This document shows positions 1-9,639 of a DNA stretch of 45,346 nt, piece after piece (the stretch's first letter is position 1; the number at the start of each line of letters is the position of its first letter). The DNA lies in assembly GCA_001778055.1 (NCBI GenBank), contig MFFY01000004.1, forward strand, positions 1 to 45,346, given 5' to 3'. A program made the translations under genes and the position numbers. The stretch is from Candidatus Falkowbacteria bacterium RIFCSPLOWO2_12_FULL_45_13. Its GTDB lineage: Bacteria > Patescibacteriota > Patescibacteriia > Patescibacteriales > GWC2-42-12. The notes below the pieces were generated by a model that saw nothing but the letters and a program-made list of their open reading frames with translations, was not told where the DNA came from and ran no database searches.

Positions 1-843
1 CTGTTATTGATAACGCTGACCTGTGCCGCTAAGAAAGCCGAAGCTGAAGACAAGAAAGCTTTGACTAAAGGTGAGTTTATTGAACAGCTCTCGGCCGATA
101 AACTTATGAAAGATAAGATTAAGGAGCTTGTTTCCTGGACCGTTGGATACGACGTTTCAAAAGTTAGCAAGGTTAAGCTTACGCCAACCATTACTTATGT
201 CAAAGCAATCCCAAAACGAATGCCGCCGGATGGCAATACGGTGCTGGAAATTTTTGCCTCAGTTTATGATCCGGGAGGGCCGGAGAACATAGCCGGAGTC
301 AGGGCGGACTTAAGCCCTATTGGCAGGTTGGCAAACACAAAGATGATAGATGAAGGGTCATATGGGGATAGGGTGGCGGATGACGGAGTATTTACCGTAC
401 AAACAAATGTTGCGCCAAAAACAACTCTTGGGCCTAAAGAGATTCCTGTCTCGGTGGCGAATAATAGAGGTTGGTTGGCGCGAGCGAAAACCACCTTGGA
501 TGTTGAGAAAAATCCAGCTATAATTGATGTCAAGTTTTTGCCAGAAAAAATACTGCCAGACGATCAGACACTGGCGACAATAATTGTCGAGATTGATAAT
601 CCGGGCAGGGTCGAAGATTTAAAAAGTGTTACGGCTGATTTTCGGGCTTTTGGTTATACTGAACTGTTGCCGCTGAGAAATGATGGTGAGGGAGGTGATG
701 TTGTGGCGGGCGACAACAATTTTGTGGCGCAGTTTGTGGTGCCGTCTTTTACCAGAGCGGGTGATTACCGCATAAGAATAGGGGCTTCAAATATAGTTGG
801 AGGTTATATAGATAGGGATGTTGTTTTGAAGGTGACCAGATAA
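1..843 (+). CDS. Surface/secreted protein fragment with two tandem ~95-aa Ig-like repeats (5' end lies outside the window)
   Basis: Frame 1 is open from base 1, so the TTG at 7 is probably internal. Stop TAA 841-843 overlaps the ATG of the next gene. Two internal repeats share DG/DD..T.L.I...V.DPG..E.I..V.AD....G ... DDG/DGEGGD..AGD..F. No family recognised with certainty. Confidence 0.5.
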   Translation: MLLITLTCAAKKAEAEDKKALTKGEFIEQLSADKLMKDKIKELVSWTVGYDVSKVSKVKLTPTITYVKAIPKRMPPDGNTVLEIFASVYDPGGPENIAGVRADLSPIGRLANTKMIDEGSYGDRVADDGVFTVQTNVAPKTTLGPKEIPVSVANNRGWLARAKTTLDVEKNPAIIDVKFLPEKILPDDQTLATIIVEIDNPGRVEDLKSVTADFRAFGYTELLPLRNDGEGGDVVAGDNNFVAQFVVPSFTRAGDYRIRIGASNIVGGYIDRDVVLKVTR

Positions 844-3047
844 TGTTGTCTACACTGACTATTGTTAATATTTTTAGCGAAATATTTGCCGCGGGTTTTT
901 TGCTTGCCGGAGTTATTGTCTTTATAAAGAATTATTTTTCTTATAAAAAAACTAAGGATTTTTTCTTTGCCTTAATTTTCCTCAGCCTTTTTGTTTATGT
1001 TGCCACAACAATTATTTCACAAATGATGTTTAATCTTGGTCGTGAGGTTTCCGAGCTTATTCTGGTTAATAAAATTATATATGTGAGCATTGTTTTGTGC
1101 TCGATTTTTGTCTGGGCTTTTCTGGTTGAGCGCTTTGATTTGACAAAATTGCGCTGGAGCAATGGATTTCTAATTGGTATCGGCGGCCTTATAATCTATC
1201 GCATCCTGGCCTCTACGGTTAATTTGATATATCGCGAGGGAATAATCGAGCCAATTGTAGACTTCTCTTTGTTTGTGCCAGCGAAGCAGGTTTTTGCCCT
1301 GATGTGGTTAGCCTTAGCTCTTTTTGCGTTTTTTTCAGCGATAAAATCAAAGGGTGGCAGAAGAACCCTTACTATGTATTTAGCCTCTTCCGCTGTGGCC
1401 TTTTTGTTTGTGTTGTTGTTTTCTTTCCTGTATGTGCGCTTTGGTGAGCCGGGCTATTTAGTTGCTTCCTGGAGCTTAATCCTGTTAGCGAGTCTGGGCT
1501 TTCTGTTGGCAGAATTGATTCCAATGGACTCGTTTGAAGCCAGGCAACCGCTGCGTTTTTTTAGGACGCGCTTGTTGTTTAAGCTTCTGCTAATTTTTGT
1601 TTTGTTGATTGTAATTCTTTTTGAAACTACTACTCTGGCTACTATAAATATCAGTAAAGATGCGCTGTCCAAGGTGATCCTATCCAATTATTCCAGGGCG
1701 GCAGAAGATGTGGCGGAAGAAATTGAAAGCTCGAGCGGGGAGCCTTCTTTAGTCTACCTGCAGATGTTGCTGGCTAAAGCTAGAATCAAAGGCCAGGGGG
1801 TAGTTTTTCTGGTTGATCAAGAGGGCAGGCTTATTTCTCATCCGGACAGTAACAGAGCCATACAAAAAGAGGATTTTTCTGGAAACCAGGCGGTGCGGCA
1901 GATTTTAAAAAAAGTTAAGGGAGAGGGGGAATTTCGTGATGAGCTGGGCAGCCTGATGGTTGGAGCTTACGTGCCGATAAATAAATTTGGTTGGGGGGTA
2001 GTAGCCCAGGAGCCCATGGCCTCAGCCTATTTTGAAATGCGCAGATTAGAAACAAACTCTCTTGTTTTTGTCATCCTGGGGATTTTATTGACGGCTTTGG
2101 TGGGGATATTTTTTGCCCGGTCTATCGAGAGGCCAATTAAAGAACTTACTCTAGGCACAGAAGCAGTGGCCAAAGGAGATCTGCGCTGGCAGGTTTTGGT
2201 GAATTCCTCGGATGAGATTGGTCGATTGGCAGCGGCCTTTAATCAAATGACCAAGGATTTGCGTGATAGTCAGGAGCGCCTCGTCCTGTCAGAAAAGTTG
2301 GCTTCTTTGGGGACAATGGCGGCTGGCATGGCGCACGAAATTAAAAATCCACTGGTTTCCATCAGAACCTTTACCCAGATCTTGCAGCAGAAATGGGATG
2401 ATCAGGAATTTAGAAATAAATTCTCTTCCATTATCCCGCATGAGATTGAGCGCATTAATCGTATTGCTGAAAGTTTATTGAAATTTGGCAGGCCGATGAA
2501 GCCTGAGCTGGCCAAGCTAGAGGTTAATCTGCTTTTGGATGAAGTTCTCTTGCTTTTTGAGAGCGAGTGCAAGAAGTACAATATCAGAGTTGCCAAGAAA
2601 CTGGCAGAGCTGCCGGAGATAACCGGCGATGCTGGTCAATTGCAACAAGTTTTTGTTAATATGATTAAAAATGCGATTGAAGCAATGCACGAAAAAGGTG
2701 GAGAGCTTATTATTAAAACAGATCTGGGGGAAGTGGTGAGACTTGGCAAAATAGAAAAACAGGGAATGAAAAAAGGTGAGGATATGGTTTGGGGCGAAGG
2801 AGAAGCTCTAGCGGCACCGATCCCCGTGGTTTTTATTGAAATTACAGATACCGGGGAAGGGGTCTCCGATGAGAATCTGAAGAGTTTATTCGATCCATTT
2901 TTTACCACTAAGATGACGGGTACTGGAATGGGATTGCCAATTACTTTACGTATTATTGAAGAGCACAAAGGATCAATTAAGGTGAGGAGTCGGCCAGGGA
3001 TGGGGACTACGTTTATTATTACTTTACCTCAGACAATTAATGTGTAG
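843..3047 (+). CDS. Sensor histidine kinase: about 8 N-terminal TM helices, Cache-like extracytoplasmic domain, TM, HAMP, HisKA, HATPase_c
   Basis: H-box MAAGMAHEIKNPL. N-box VNMIKNAIEAM. G-boxes DTGEGV and GTGMGLPI. HAMP-like segment RSIERPIKELT...DEIGRLAAAFNQMT. Cache-like segment VFLVDQEGRLISHPD. Long hydrophobic N-terminus. No cognate response regulator is adjacent. Confidence 0.9.
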   Translation: MLSTLTIVNIFSEIFAAGFLLAGVIVFIKNYFSYKKTKDFFFALIFLSLFVYVATTIISQMMFNLGREVSELILVNKIIYVSIVLCSIFVWAFLVERFDLTKLRWSNGFLIGIGGLIIYRILASTVNLIYREGIIEPIVDFSLFVPAKQVFALMWLALALFAFFSAIKSKGGRRTLTMYLASSAVAFLFVLLFSFLYVRFGEPGYLVASWSLILLASLGFLLAELIPMDSFEARQPLRFFRTRLLFKLLLIFVLLIVILFETTTLATINISKDALSKVILSNYSRAAEDVAEEIESSSGEPSLVYLQMLLAKARIKGQGVVFLVDQEGRLISHPDSNRAIQKEDFSGNQAVRQILKKVKGEGEFRDELGSLMVGAYVPINKFGWGVVAQEPMASAYFEMRRLETNSLVFVILGILLTALVGIFFARSIERPIKELTLGTEAVAKGDLRWQVLVNSSDEIGRLAAAFNQMTKDLRDSQERLVLSEKLASLGTMAAGMAHEIKNPLVSIRTFTQILQQKWDDQEFRNKFSSIIPHEIERINRIAESLLKFGRPMKPELAKLEVNLLLDEVLLLFESECKKYNIRVAKKLAELPEITGDAGQLQQVFVNMIKNAIEAMHEKGGELIIKTDLGEVVRLGKIEKQGMKKGEDMVWGEGEALAAPIPVVFIEITDTGEGVSDENLKSLFDPFFTTKMTGTGMGLPITLRIIEEHKGSIKVRSRPGMGTTFIITLPQTINV

Positions 3048-3231
3048 CTTTTTTTAAGAAGCTGTGTATGCCATTTTCCAGCAGCGTATTCATATTTTCA
3101 AGAAGATCGCTTTGGGCCAGGAAAAACGATTTTTCTTCTGAACCGGCAAACAAAATGTTGCCGCTGGTTTTATAAATTACCCCTTCAATAGTTATAGTAT
3201 TTGACGTTTGTTCTTTATATTCTGCGCGCAT
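3037..3231 (-). CDS. Possible small hypothetical protein (64 aa), divergent from clpC
   Basis: ATG start (complement of 3229-3231). Non-repetitive sequence. Lies in an otherwise unassigned 270-nt gap. Only a weak GAAGA SD-like element and no recognisable family. Confidence 0.25.
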   Translation of the reverse strand: MRAEYKEQTSNTITIEGVIYKTSGNILFAGSEEKSFFLAQSDLLENMNTLLENGIHSFLKKATH

Positions 3232-3273
3232 AATAGGTCTTCGATATTATTATCGTGCGCGGAAGCCAAAAAC

Positions 3274-3302
3274 TTGCGTCAGTCAGTCAAGATTGTTATA
3301 AT
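3274..3302 (+). promoter_or_regulatory. sigma70-type promoter for clpC
   Basis: TTGCGT (3274-3279), exactly 17 nt, TATAAT (3297-3302). First plausible clpC ATGs are at 3313 and 3319, with no SD between. Confidence 0.45.
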
Positions 3303-3312
3303 GCATGCTGCA

Positions 3313-5805
3313 ATGGCAATGTTTGAAAGATTTACCGAAAAAGCCATCAGAATAATTATGGCCGCGCAAGAAGAGGCCAAACGGCTTGGGTCTCCTTTTG
3401 TTGGGACAGAGCATCTTTTGCTTGGTATGTTGCGTGAGGGCGAGCCCATAGTCATCAAAACCCTGGAATATTATAAAGTCGACGCTAAAACTATAAAAGA
3501 GCGTATTGAAGTTGGGTTAATGGATGAGCAACAAGGAGAGAAAGATGGTTCCGAAATTCCATTTAATGCCCAGGTTAAGTCTGTGATTGAGTTAGCCTGG
3601 GATGAGGCGCGGGGTTTGGGCCATAGCTATGTTGGGGTTGAGCATCTTTTTCTGGGAATCCTGAGGGCAGAGAAGGGTGTTGTTGGTGATATTCTGGCTG
3701 AATTGGACATTACAATTTCTTCAGCCAAGAGCCGTATTATTACAGTTTTGGGTGAGGTTGGCACTTACCAAAAACAGATGCCGCGACCCAGCCGCACTCC
3801 GATTCTTGACGGATTTAGCCGCGACATGACTGCTTTGGCCAGAGGAAGAAAATTAGATCCTGTGATCGGCCGGCATAGTGAAATAGAAAGGGTAACTCAA
3901 ATTCTGTCACGCCGCAAGAAGAACAATCCGGTTTTAATCGGGGAAGCTGGAGTGGGGAAGACCGCAATTGTCGAAGGGTTGTCCCAAAGGATTGTGACTG
4001 GCAATGTGCCCCCACCACTTTTGAGCAAAAAAGTCGTGACCCTGGATTTAGGCTTGTTAGTAGCCGGGACGCGCTACCGTGGAGAATTTGAAGAACGGAT
4101 GAAAAAAGTTATTTCGGAAGTAGGCAAAGACAGCAGTGTGATATTATTTATTGATGAGTTACATACTTTGATTGGGGCAGGGGCGGCAGAGGGAGCCATG
4201 GATGCGGCCAATATACTGAAACCGGCTTTAGCCAGGGGGGAATTGCAATGCATTGGTGCGACGACTATTGACGAATTTCGTAAAAAGATAGAATCCGATC
4301 CGGCGCTTGAGCGCAGGTTTCAATCGGTCATGGTTGAGGAGCCTTCGGTGCCCGAAACCATTGAGATATTAAAAGGCCTGCGCGAGCGCTATGAGGATTT
4401 CCACAGAGTTAAAATTACCAACGATGCTTTAGTGTCGGCGGCACGTTTGTCCGCTCGTTATATCGCGGATCGGCATTTGCCGGATAAGGCGATTGATTTA
4501 ATTGATGAAGCCTCTTCAAGAATTATGCTTAAGTCTTCTGTCGCTCCGCCTGAATTGATAGAGGTGATGAAGGAAATTGAGAAACTAAAAGCAGACAAAG
4601 AAAAAGCTGTTGAAAAACAGGAGTTTGAAACGGCAGCGCAACTCAGGGACAAAGAAGAAACGTTGCGTTTAAAATATGAGGAAATTGCGAAGCAATCAAC
4701 CGGTTTGAGCCGCGAAGGGTATCCGGAGGTAACCTCAGAGGTTATTGCTCAGGTTGTTTCCGCCTGGACCGGTGTGCCGGTGACTCAATTAACCGCGGAA
4801 GAAACACAGCGGCTACTGGACATGGATGATGAAATAAAAAAGAAGGTGGTGGGCCAGGATGAGGCAATTTCTGGTATCTCTAAATCTATTCGGCGGGCAC
4901 GGGCTGGCCTAAAAGATCCTAAAAGACCGATTGGTTCTTATATCTTTCTTGGCCCTTCAGGGGTTGGGAAGACCGAGCTGGCTAAGCGTTTGGCTGAATT
5001 TCTCTTTGGTGATGTCGATGCGGTAATCCGTATCGATATGTCGGAGTATTTGGAGCAGCATACAACTTCGCGTTTAATTGGCTCTCCCCCGGGCTATGTT
5101 GGTTTCGGTGAAGGTGGGCAGTTGACCGAGTCGGTGCGCCGCCGCCCGCATTCAGTTGTGCTTTTTGATGAAATTGAAAAAGCTCATCCTAATGTAATGA
5201 ATGTCCTCTTGCAAATATTAGATGAAGGGCATATTACTGACGCGCAAGGCCGTTCGGTAGATTTTAAAAACACAGTTGTAATTATGACCAGCAATGTGGG
5301 GGCCGAGCTTATCCAGAAAGAAACCTCCATGGGTTTTGCTCGTCATGCTGACGTGCAGGCTTCATATGACAGGATGAAAGAGACTGTGTTAGAAGAGCTA
5401 AAAAAACAGTTTAAGCCGGAGTTTCTTAATCGCGTAGATGCCAAGATTGTTTTCCGCCCATTATCCCGCGAAGATTTAGGCTGTATAATTGAGATTATGA
5501 TGAAAGATATTAATACTCGCCTGGAAGAAAAGGGCATTGCTCTAAAAGTTTCAAAAAATGTGAAAAAATTCTTGGTTGATAAGGGTTATGATCCGAAACT
5601 GGGCGCCAGACCTTTACGTCGCGCGATTGAGGAGTATGTGGAAGATCCGCTATCTGAAGAGGTGCTTAAAGGCAAATTTGGCTATGGTAGCAAGATTAAT
5701 CTGAGGATTGAAAAAGACAAGATAATTTTTTTTGGTAACAAAGGTAAATCTTTGACCTCTTCTAAGAAAACCGCTAAAAAAGAGGTGCCGGCTGTTTCTG
5801 GCTAG
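3313..5805 (+). CDS. clpC: ATP-dependent Clp protease ATP-binding subunit ClpC (class I AAA+)
   Basis: N-terminus [13 protein letters not shown]...GTEHLLLG with a second Clp_N repeat VGVEHLFLG. Walker A motifs GEAGVGKT and [11 protein letters not shown]-like linker [14 protein letters not shown]. ClpP-loop MGF. The ORF-track start 3208 would add an implausible leader that overlaps the promoter. True start is 3313 or 3319. Confidence 0.93.
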   Translation: MAMFERFTEKAIRIIMAAQEEAKRLGSPFVGTEHLLLGMLREGEPIVIKTLEYYKVDAKTIKERIEVGLMDEQQGEKDGSEIPFNAQVKSVIELAWDEARGLGHSYVGVEHLFLGILRAEKGVVGDILAELDITISSAKSRIITVLGEVGTYQKQMPRPSRTPILDGFSRDMTALARGRKLDPVIGRHSEIERVTQILSRRKKNNPVLIGEAGVGKTAIVEGLSQRIVTGNVPPPLLSKKVVTLDLGLLVAGTRYRGEFEERMKKVISEVGKDSSVILFIDELHTLIGAGAAEGAMDAANILKPALARGELQCIGATTIDEFRKKIESDPALERRFQSVMVEEPSVPETIEILKGLRERYEDFHRVKITNDALVSAARLSARYIADRHLPDKAIDLIDEASSRIMLKSSVAPPELIEVMKEIEKLKADKEKAVEKQEFETAAQLRDKEETLRLKYEEIAKQSTGLSREGYPEVTSEVIAQVVSAWTGVPVTQLTAEETQRLLDMDDEIKKKVVGQDEAISGISKSIRRARAGLKDPKRPIGSYIFLGPSGVGKTELAKRLAEFLFGDVDAVIRIDMSEYLEQHTTSRLIGSPPGYVGFGEGGQLTESVRRRPHSVVLFDEIEKAHPNVMNVLLQILDEGHITDAQGRSVDFKNTVVIMTSNVGAELIQKETSMGFARHADVQASYDRMKETVLEELKKQFKPEFLNRVDAKIVFRPLSREDLGCIIEIMMKDINTRLEEKGIALKVSKNVKKFLVDKGYDPKLGARPLRRAIEEYVEDPLSEEVLKGKFGYGSKINLRIEKDKIIFFGNKGKSLTSSKKTAKKEVPAVSG

Positions 5806-5971
5806 GCGGCTTCAGCCAATATGTTAATCCATTCCCTGCGTTGCGGACGTCGGATGTTATCCATAAGGCGGAAACCGATAATCCTGCCATTTTGTTTTTC
5901 TCCTCCCAGAAAAAAATAAGCCAAAGAACTTGACAGGGCTCTTTGACTCAATAGTTTATCCGCGTCTTTTC

Positions 5972-6000
5972 TAGAAAATTTTATCTAGTTTTGGTATGAT
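5972..6000 (+). promoter_or_regulatory. Extended -10 promoter abutting the radA start codon
   Basis: TAGAAA (5972-5977), 17 nt, TG (5992-5993), n, TATGAT (5995-6000). The A of the radA ATG (6007) is 7 nt after the -10 box. No SD. Confidence 0.3.
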
Positions 6001-6006
6001 ATAGCT

Positions 6007-7347
6007 ATGCCTAAAACTGAAACCCTCTTTATGTGCCAATCCTGCGGGCAGGACTTTCCCAGATGGTCGGGACAATGTCCGGCTTGTGGTGAATGGAATT
6101 CCCTTGTGGAGGAACATCAAAACAAAGCTCCCTCCTTCGCTCTTCGAGCTTCGGAGGGCAAGCAAATCCCAATATCCATTACTGAAGTTGATTATAAAGA
6201 AGAAAGTAGAATATCAACCGGAATAGTTGAAGTGGATAGAGTGTTAGGTGGTGGGGTGGTTGGGGGATCGGTTGTCTTGGTCTCTGGTGAGCCCGGGATT
6301 GGGAAATCTACCATGATGCTGCAGGTGGCCGAGGCCTTGAGTCTGAAATCTATTATCCTATATGTAAGCGGGGAAGAATCGGCCAATCAGATTAGAATCA
6401 GGGCGGAAAGGTTGGGGACTCTATCGAAAAACTTGATGCTTTTACCGGAGACGAATCTTTTTGCTATTGAAAAAGCGGTTGCTGATGTTAAACCCAAGTT
6501 CGTGGTGATTGATTCTATTCAGACCATGTTTCGAGATGATGTTTCCTCAGCCCCAGGCTCTGTTTCTCAGGTCCGCGAGTGCGCTAATTACCTGGTTAGG
6601 ATTGCCAAATCAACAGGCATACCGATTTTTATTGTTGGTCATGTGACCAAAGAGGGTAATATTGCCGGCCCCAGAATTTTAGAGCACATGGTTGATACTG
6701 TTTTATATTTTGAAGGTGAGAGACATAAGCAATATCGAATTTTACGAGCCAACAAAAATCGATTTGGCTCAACCAATGAAATTGGGATTTTTGAAATGAA
6801 GGATAATGGTTTGGTTGAAGTGGCTAATCCTTCGCAGGTTTTTCTTTCAGAGCGGCCGGAAAATTCTTCTGGCTCTGTTGTGACGGCAGCACTCGAAGGG
6901 ACACGGCCATTGTTAGTTGAAATTCAGGCGTTGGTTGCCCCAACTAAAATGGTTTACCCGGTGCGCAAAGCAACAGGGGTAGATTATAATCGTGTGGTAA
7001 TTATTCTTGCTGTGCTTGAGAGACAATTAGGTTTAAAATTTTCCGATGCTGATGTCTATGTAAACGCGGCTGGCGGAGTCAGAGTTTCTGAGCCGGCCAT
7101 GGATCTGCCGATAGCTTTGGCCATTGTTTCTTGCCATAAAAACAAACCGTTTGACGCAAAAACTGTTGCTGTCGGTGAAATCGGACTGGCGGGTGAGATC
7201 CGCTCGGTTAACCAGATCGAACAAAGGATCAAAGAAGCGGAGAAATTGGGGTTTGAACAAATTATTGTGCCCAAAAGTAATCAAAGTAAATCAAAGATTA
7301 AACTTCTGGCCGTGTCCTCAGTTAAAGAAGCGCTGAATCGTCTATAA
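6007..7347 (+). CDS. radA: DNA repair protein RadA/Sms
   Basis: N-terminal zinc ribbon CQSCG...CPACGEWNS. Walker A GEPGIGKST. KNRFG motif (ANKNRFGSTNE). Lon-protease-like C-terminal domain. Confidence 0.95.
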   Translation: MPKTETLFMCQSCGQDFPRWSGQCPACGEWNSLVEEHQNKAPSFALRASEGKQIPISITEVDYKEESRISTGIVEVDRVLGGGVVGGSVVLVSGEPGIGKSTMMLQVAEALSLKSIILYVSGEESANQIRIRAERLGTLSKNLMLLPETNLFAIEKAVADVKPKFVVIDSIQTMFRDDVSSAPGSVSQVRECANYLVRIAKSTGIPIFIVGHVTKEGNIAGPRILEHMVDTVLYFEGERHKQYRILRANKNRFGSTNEIGIFEMKDNGLVEVANPSQVFLSERPENSSGSVVTAALEGTRPLLVEIQALVAPTKMVYPVRKATGVDYNRVVIILAVLERQLGLKFSDADVYVNAAGGVRVSEPAMDLPIALAIVSCHKNKPFDAKTVAVGEIGLAGEIRSVNQIEQRIKEAEKLGFEQIIVPKSNQSKSKIKLLAVSSVKEALNRL

Positions 7348-7409
7348 TTACTTCTATTTGTGCCCGAGCAGCTGCCAGCCTGGATGACGGTACACTATGG
7401 GGAGGAGGT

Positions 7410-8663
7410 TTATAAATACTTTCGCGGATCCGCGATTTTTCCCTCAATCATCGAAGCGGCCACAGTAGCGGGTGAACCAAGATAGATAAAGGCATTTGGG
7501 TTACCCATTCTACCCTTAAAATTTCGATTAGCAGTTGAAATCACGTTTTCCCCATCTGACGGAACCCCGTTATGCGTGCCGACACAGGGACCGCAACCGG
7601 GCGTGACCGCTACGGCGCCAGCATTGAGTAGGGTTTGATATGTCCCGTCCTTAATCATGTCCAGCAAAATCTGCTTTGAAGCAGGAGCAATGATTAAACG
7701 GCAGCTATCTTTGACTTTTTTGCCCTTTAAAATTTTAGCCGCAATCTGAAAATCTTCTAAACGGCCATTGGTGCAGGTGCCAATCAGGCCTTGCTGAATC
7801 GGAACATCGCCCACTTGCGAAATTGGCACAACATTATCAACGGTGTGCGGTTTAGCGATCTGCGGCTCGAGTTTTGAAACATCAATCTCAACAGGTCTAA
7901 TGTATTTTGCGTCTTTATCTGCTTTAACCGGATTGGGCTTCTTCCTGGCATGAGCTTTAACCCAATCCAAAACCATTTTATCTGCTTCCATCAACCCGGC
8001 CTTGGCTCCGCACTCAATCGCCATGTTGGACATAGTGAAGCGGGCGTCAACAGACATGTTGGCAATGGCGTCGCCATAGATTTCTAGGGCCAGGTAAGTG
8101 GCGCCGTCAGCAGTAATATCGCCAATTAACTTTAAGATTAAGTCTTTGGAATAAACGCCCCTGGGCAGGCTTCCGTTATAAATAACTTTTATTGTGTCCG
8201 GTACCTTAAACCAGAGCTTGCCCGATGTCCAGCCCGCCGCTAAATCAGTCGAACCAATCCCGGTTGAAAAAACATTTATTGCTCCATAGGTGCAAGTGTG
8301 AGAATCGGCGCCAATAATTAAATCGCCAGGCACGGCATGTCCTTGCTCCGGTGTAATCTGGTGGCAAACGCCGCAGCCAATGTCGTAAAGTTTAATGCCT
8401 TGTTCTTTTTGAAAATCCCTGATTTTTTTATGAATAGCAGATACTCCGGAATTAGGGGAGGGTGAGCTGTGGTCGATAATAATGGCAATCTTGGAGGGAT
8501 CAAAAACTTTTTTGGTTCCCATGTTATTAAAAGAATCTATCGCAATGCCCGAGGTGCCGTCCTGACCAATAAGATAATCAAGGTCAGCAATAACAATGTC
8601 CCCGACCCTGGCCTCTTTTCCCGAATGAGCGGAGAGTATCTTTTCCGCTATGGTCTTGCCCAT
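7410..8663 (-). CDS. leuC: Aconitase-family dehydratase large subunit (3-isopropylmalate / homoaconitate dehydratase, short archaeal-type LeuC/HacA)
   Basis: 417 aa starting MGKTIAEKIL. Contains IGADSHTCTYGA and Fe-S ligand region TCTNGR...PGCGPCVG...NRNFKGR. No small subunit is adjacent. Confidence 0.85.
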   Translation of the reverse strand: MGKTIAEKILSAHSGKEARVGDIVIADLDYLIGQDGTSGIAIDSFNNMGTKKVFDPSKIAIIIDHSSPSPNSGVSAIHKKIRDFQKEQGIKLYDIGCGVCHQITPEQGHAVPGDLIIGADSHTCTYGAINVFSTGIGSTDLAAGWTSGKLWFKVPDTIKVIYNGSLPRGVYSKDLILKLIGDITADGATYLALEIYGDAIANMSVDARFTMSNMAIECGAKAGLMEADKMVLDWVKAHARKKPNPVKADKDAKYIRPVEIDVSKLEPQIAKPHTVDNVVPISQVGDVPIQQGLIGTCTNGRLEDFQIAAKILKGKKVKDSCRLIIAPASKQILLDMIKDGTYQTLLNAGAVAVTPGCGPCVGTHNGVPSDGENVISTANRNFKGRMGNPNAFIYLGSPATVAASMIEGKIADPRKYL

Positions 8664-8664
8664 G

Positions 8665-9579
8665 TTATTTGTTTTGTTTCCGCCTTTCTGCTAAAGCTAT
8701 TTCAACAATCCTGGCCTTGTCCATAAGATAAGGATCAAGTCCTTCGGTCTCCAGCACTTCTTTGACCAGCTTGGTAGCTTTTGGCTGTTTGACAATATCT
8801 GCCATGTCTAACTTGGCCCTAAAAATTAGGTCTTGATAGTCAAATGGCATGCTAATGACACTTTCTAGTAGTTTTTCTGCCCGGTCAAAGTCCCCTCTTT
8901 TGGCGCGACGGATTAAAACTTCAGCCTTTAGCGTTTTGCCTTTGTAGGTAAAATAATCGTCGGAACGTGGCTTTAACTCTTTTAAAGCAGCCTCAGCAAA
9001 CCTTAAGGGGTTGTTGGTATCTTTTGGTGTTTGGTAGAGTTTAATTTCTGTTTTGGTTAAGAAGGCTCTTCCCTTGAAGTACCAGTGAGCGTTTTTGGCC
9101 CTGATAACGTGATCAAGTAACTTAAGGGCCTTGTCCCAGTCCCCCTTATTTTTACGAGCCAGGCGCAGCTCAGCTTCTACCGCAAAAGTTTTGGCGGCAA
9201 AAAAATCGGACATGTCATTCCCCAATAGTTTGCGGGCTTTTTCGCACAAAGAAATAGCCTCATCAAACGCTTCCGGAGAACCGATCATGAGCTCAGCTTT
9301 GCCAATTAGGGTACGCGCCCTGAGCGAATCTGGAATGTGACGTTCCAATATCTGATCAAATATTCTTTTGGCTTCTTTGTAATCTCCCTGTTCACTGCGG
9401 CCGACCAGTAAATCTGCAATTCCAAACATAAGTTCCGGGGCATCGGCACGCTTAGGGTTTTGAGATAAAATATAGCGATAGCGTTTGAGAACTTTGTTGA
9501 TTTTCTCTTTTTCCGAAGGAATAGGGAAGCCAACTTGTTTATCGACAATGTAACTCATAACCGGGGAAAGCACCGCCAT
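8665..9579 (-). CDS. Hypothetical helical-repeat (TPR-like) protein
   Basis: ATG preceded by AGGAGG (complement of 9585-9590). Stop abuts the leuC start. Helix-rich repeats of the form A..L..A......G....A. No family recognised. Confidence 0.6.
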   Translation of the reverse strand: MAVLSPVMSYIVDKQVGFPIPSEKEKINKVLKRYRYILSQNPKRADAPELMFGIADLLVGRSEQGDYKEAKRIFDQILERHIPDSLRARTLIGKAELMIGSPEAFDEAISLCEKARKLLGNDMSDFFAAKTFAVEAELRLARKNKGDWDKALKLLDHVIRAKNAHWYFKGRAFLTKTEIKLYQTPKDTNNPLRFAEAALKELKPRSDDYFTYKGKTLKAEVLIRRAKRGDFDRAEKLLESVISMPFDYQDLIFRAKLDMADIVKQPKATKLVKEVLETEGLDPYLMDKARIVEIALAERRKQNK

Positions 9580-9639
9580 GTTATCCTCCTTTTCTTAACT
9601 GTTACGGTTGAAACCTGATTATAAATAATGTAGAATATA

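Noticed and set aside
3046-3066. agctt-N8-aagct stem after the histidine kinase stop as an intrinsic terminator.
   Set aside because: The stem is only 5 bp plus G-U pairs, is AT-rich, and the T-run sits inside the loop rather than after the stem.
3279-3292. gtcagtcagtcaag in the clpC promoter spacer as a possible CtsR operator.
   Set aside because: It does not match the (A/G)GTCAAA-NAN-(A/G)GTCAAA direct repeat closely enough. It is probably a chance repeat.
3208-3312. N-terminal extension of the clpC ORF (MFFIFCAHNRSS...).
   Set aside because: The extension overlaps the TTGCGT-17-TATAAT promoter. ClpC orthologs begin at MFERFTEKA, so the start was moved to 3313/3319.
5821-5919. 32-aa ORF (MLIHSLRCGRRMLSIRRK...) and the direct repeat atgtta(a)tccat at 5821 and 5854, in the clpC-radA spacer.
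   Set aside because: It has no SD or -10 context, the peptide is highly basic and low-complexity, and the repeat is short. It is insufficient evidence for a gene or an operator.
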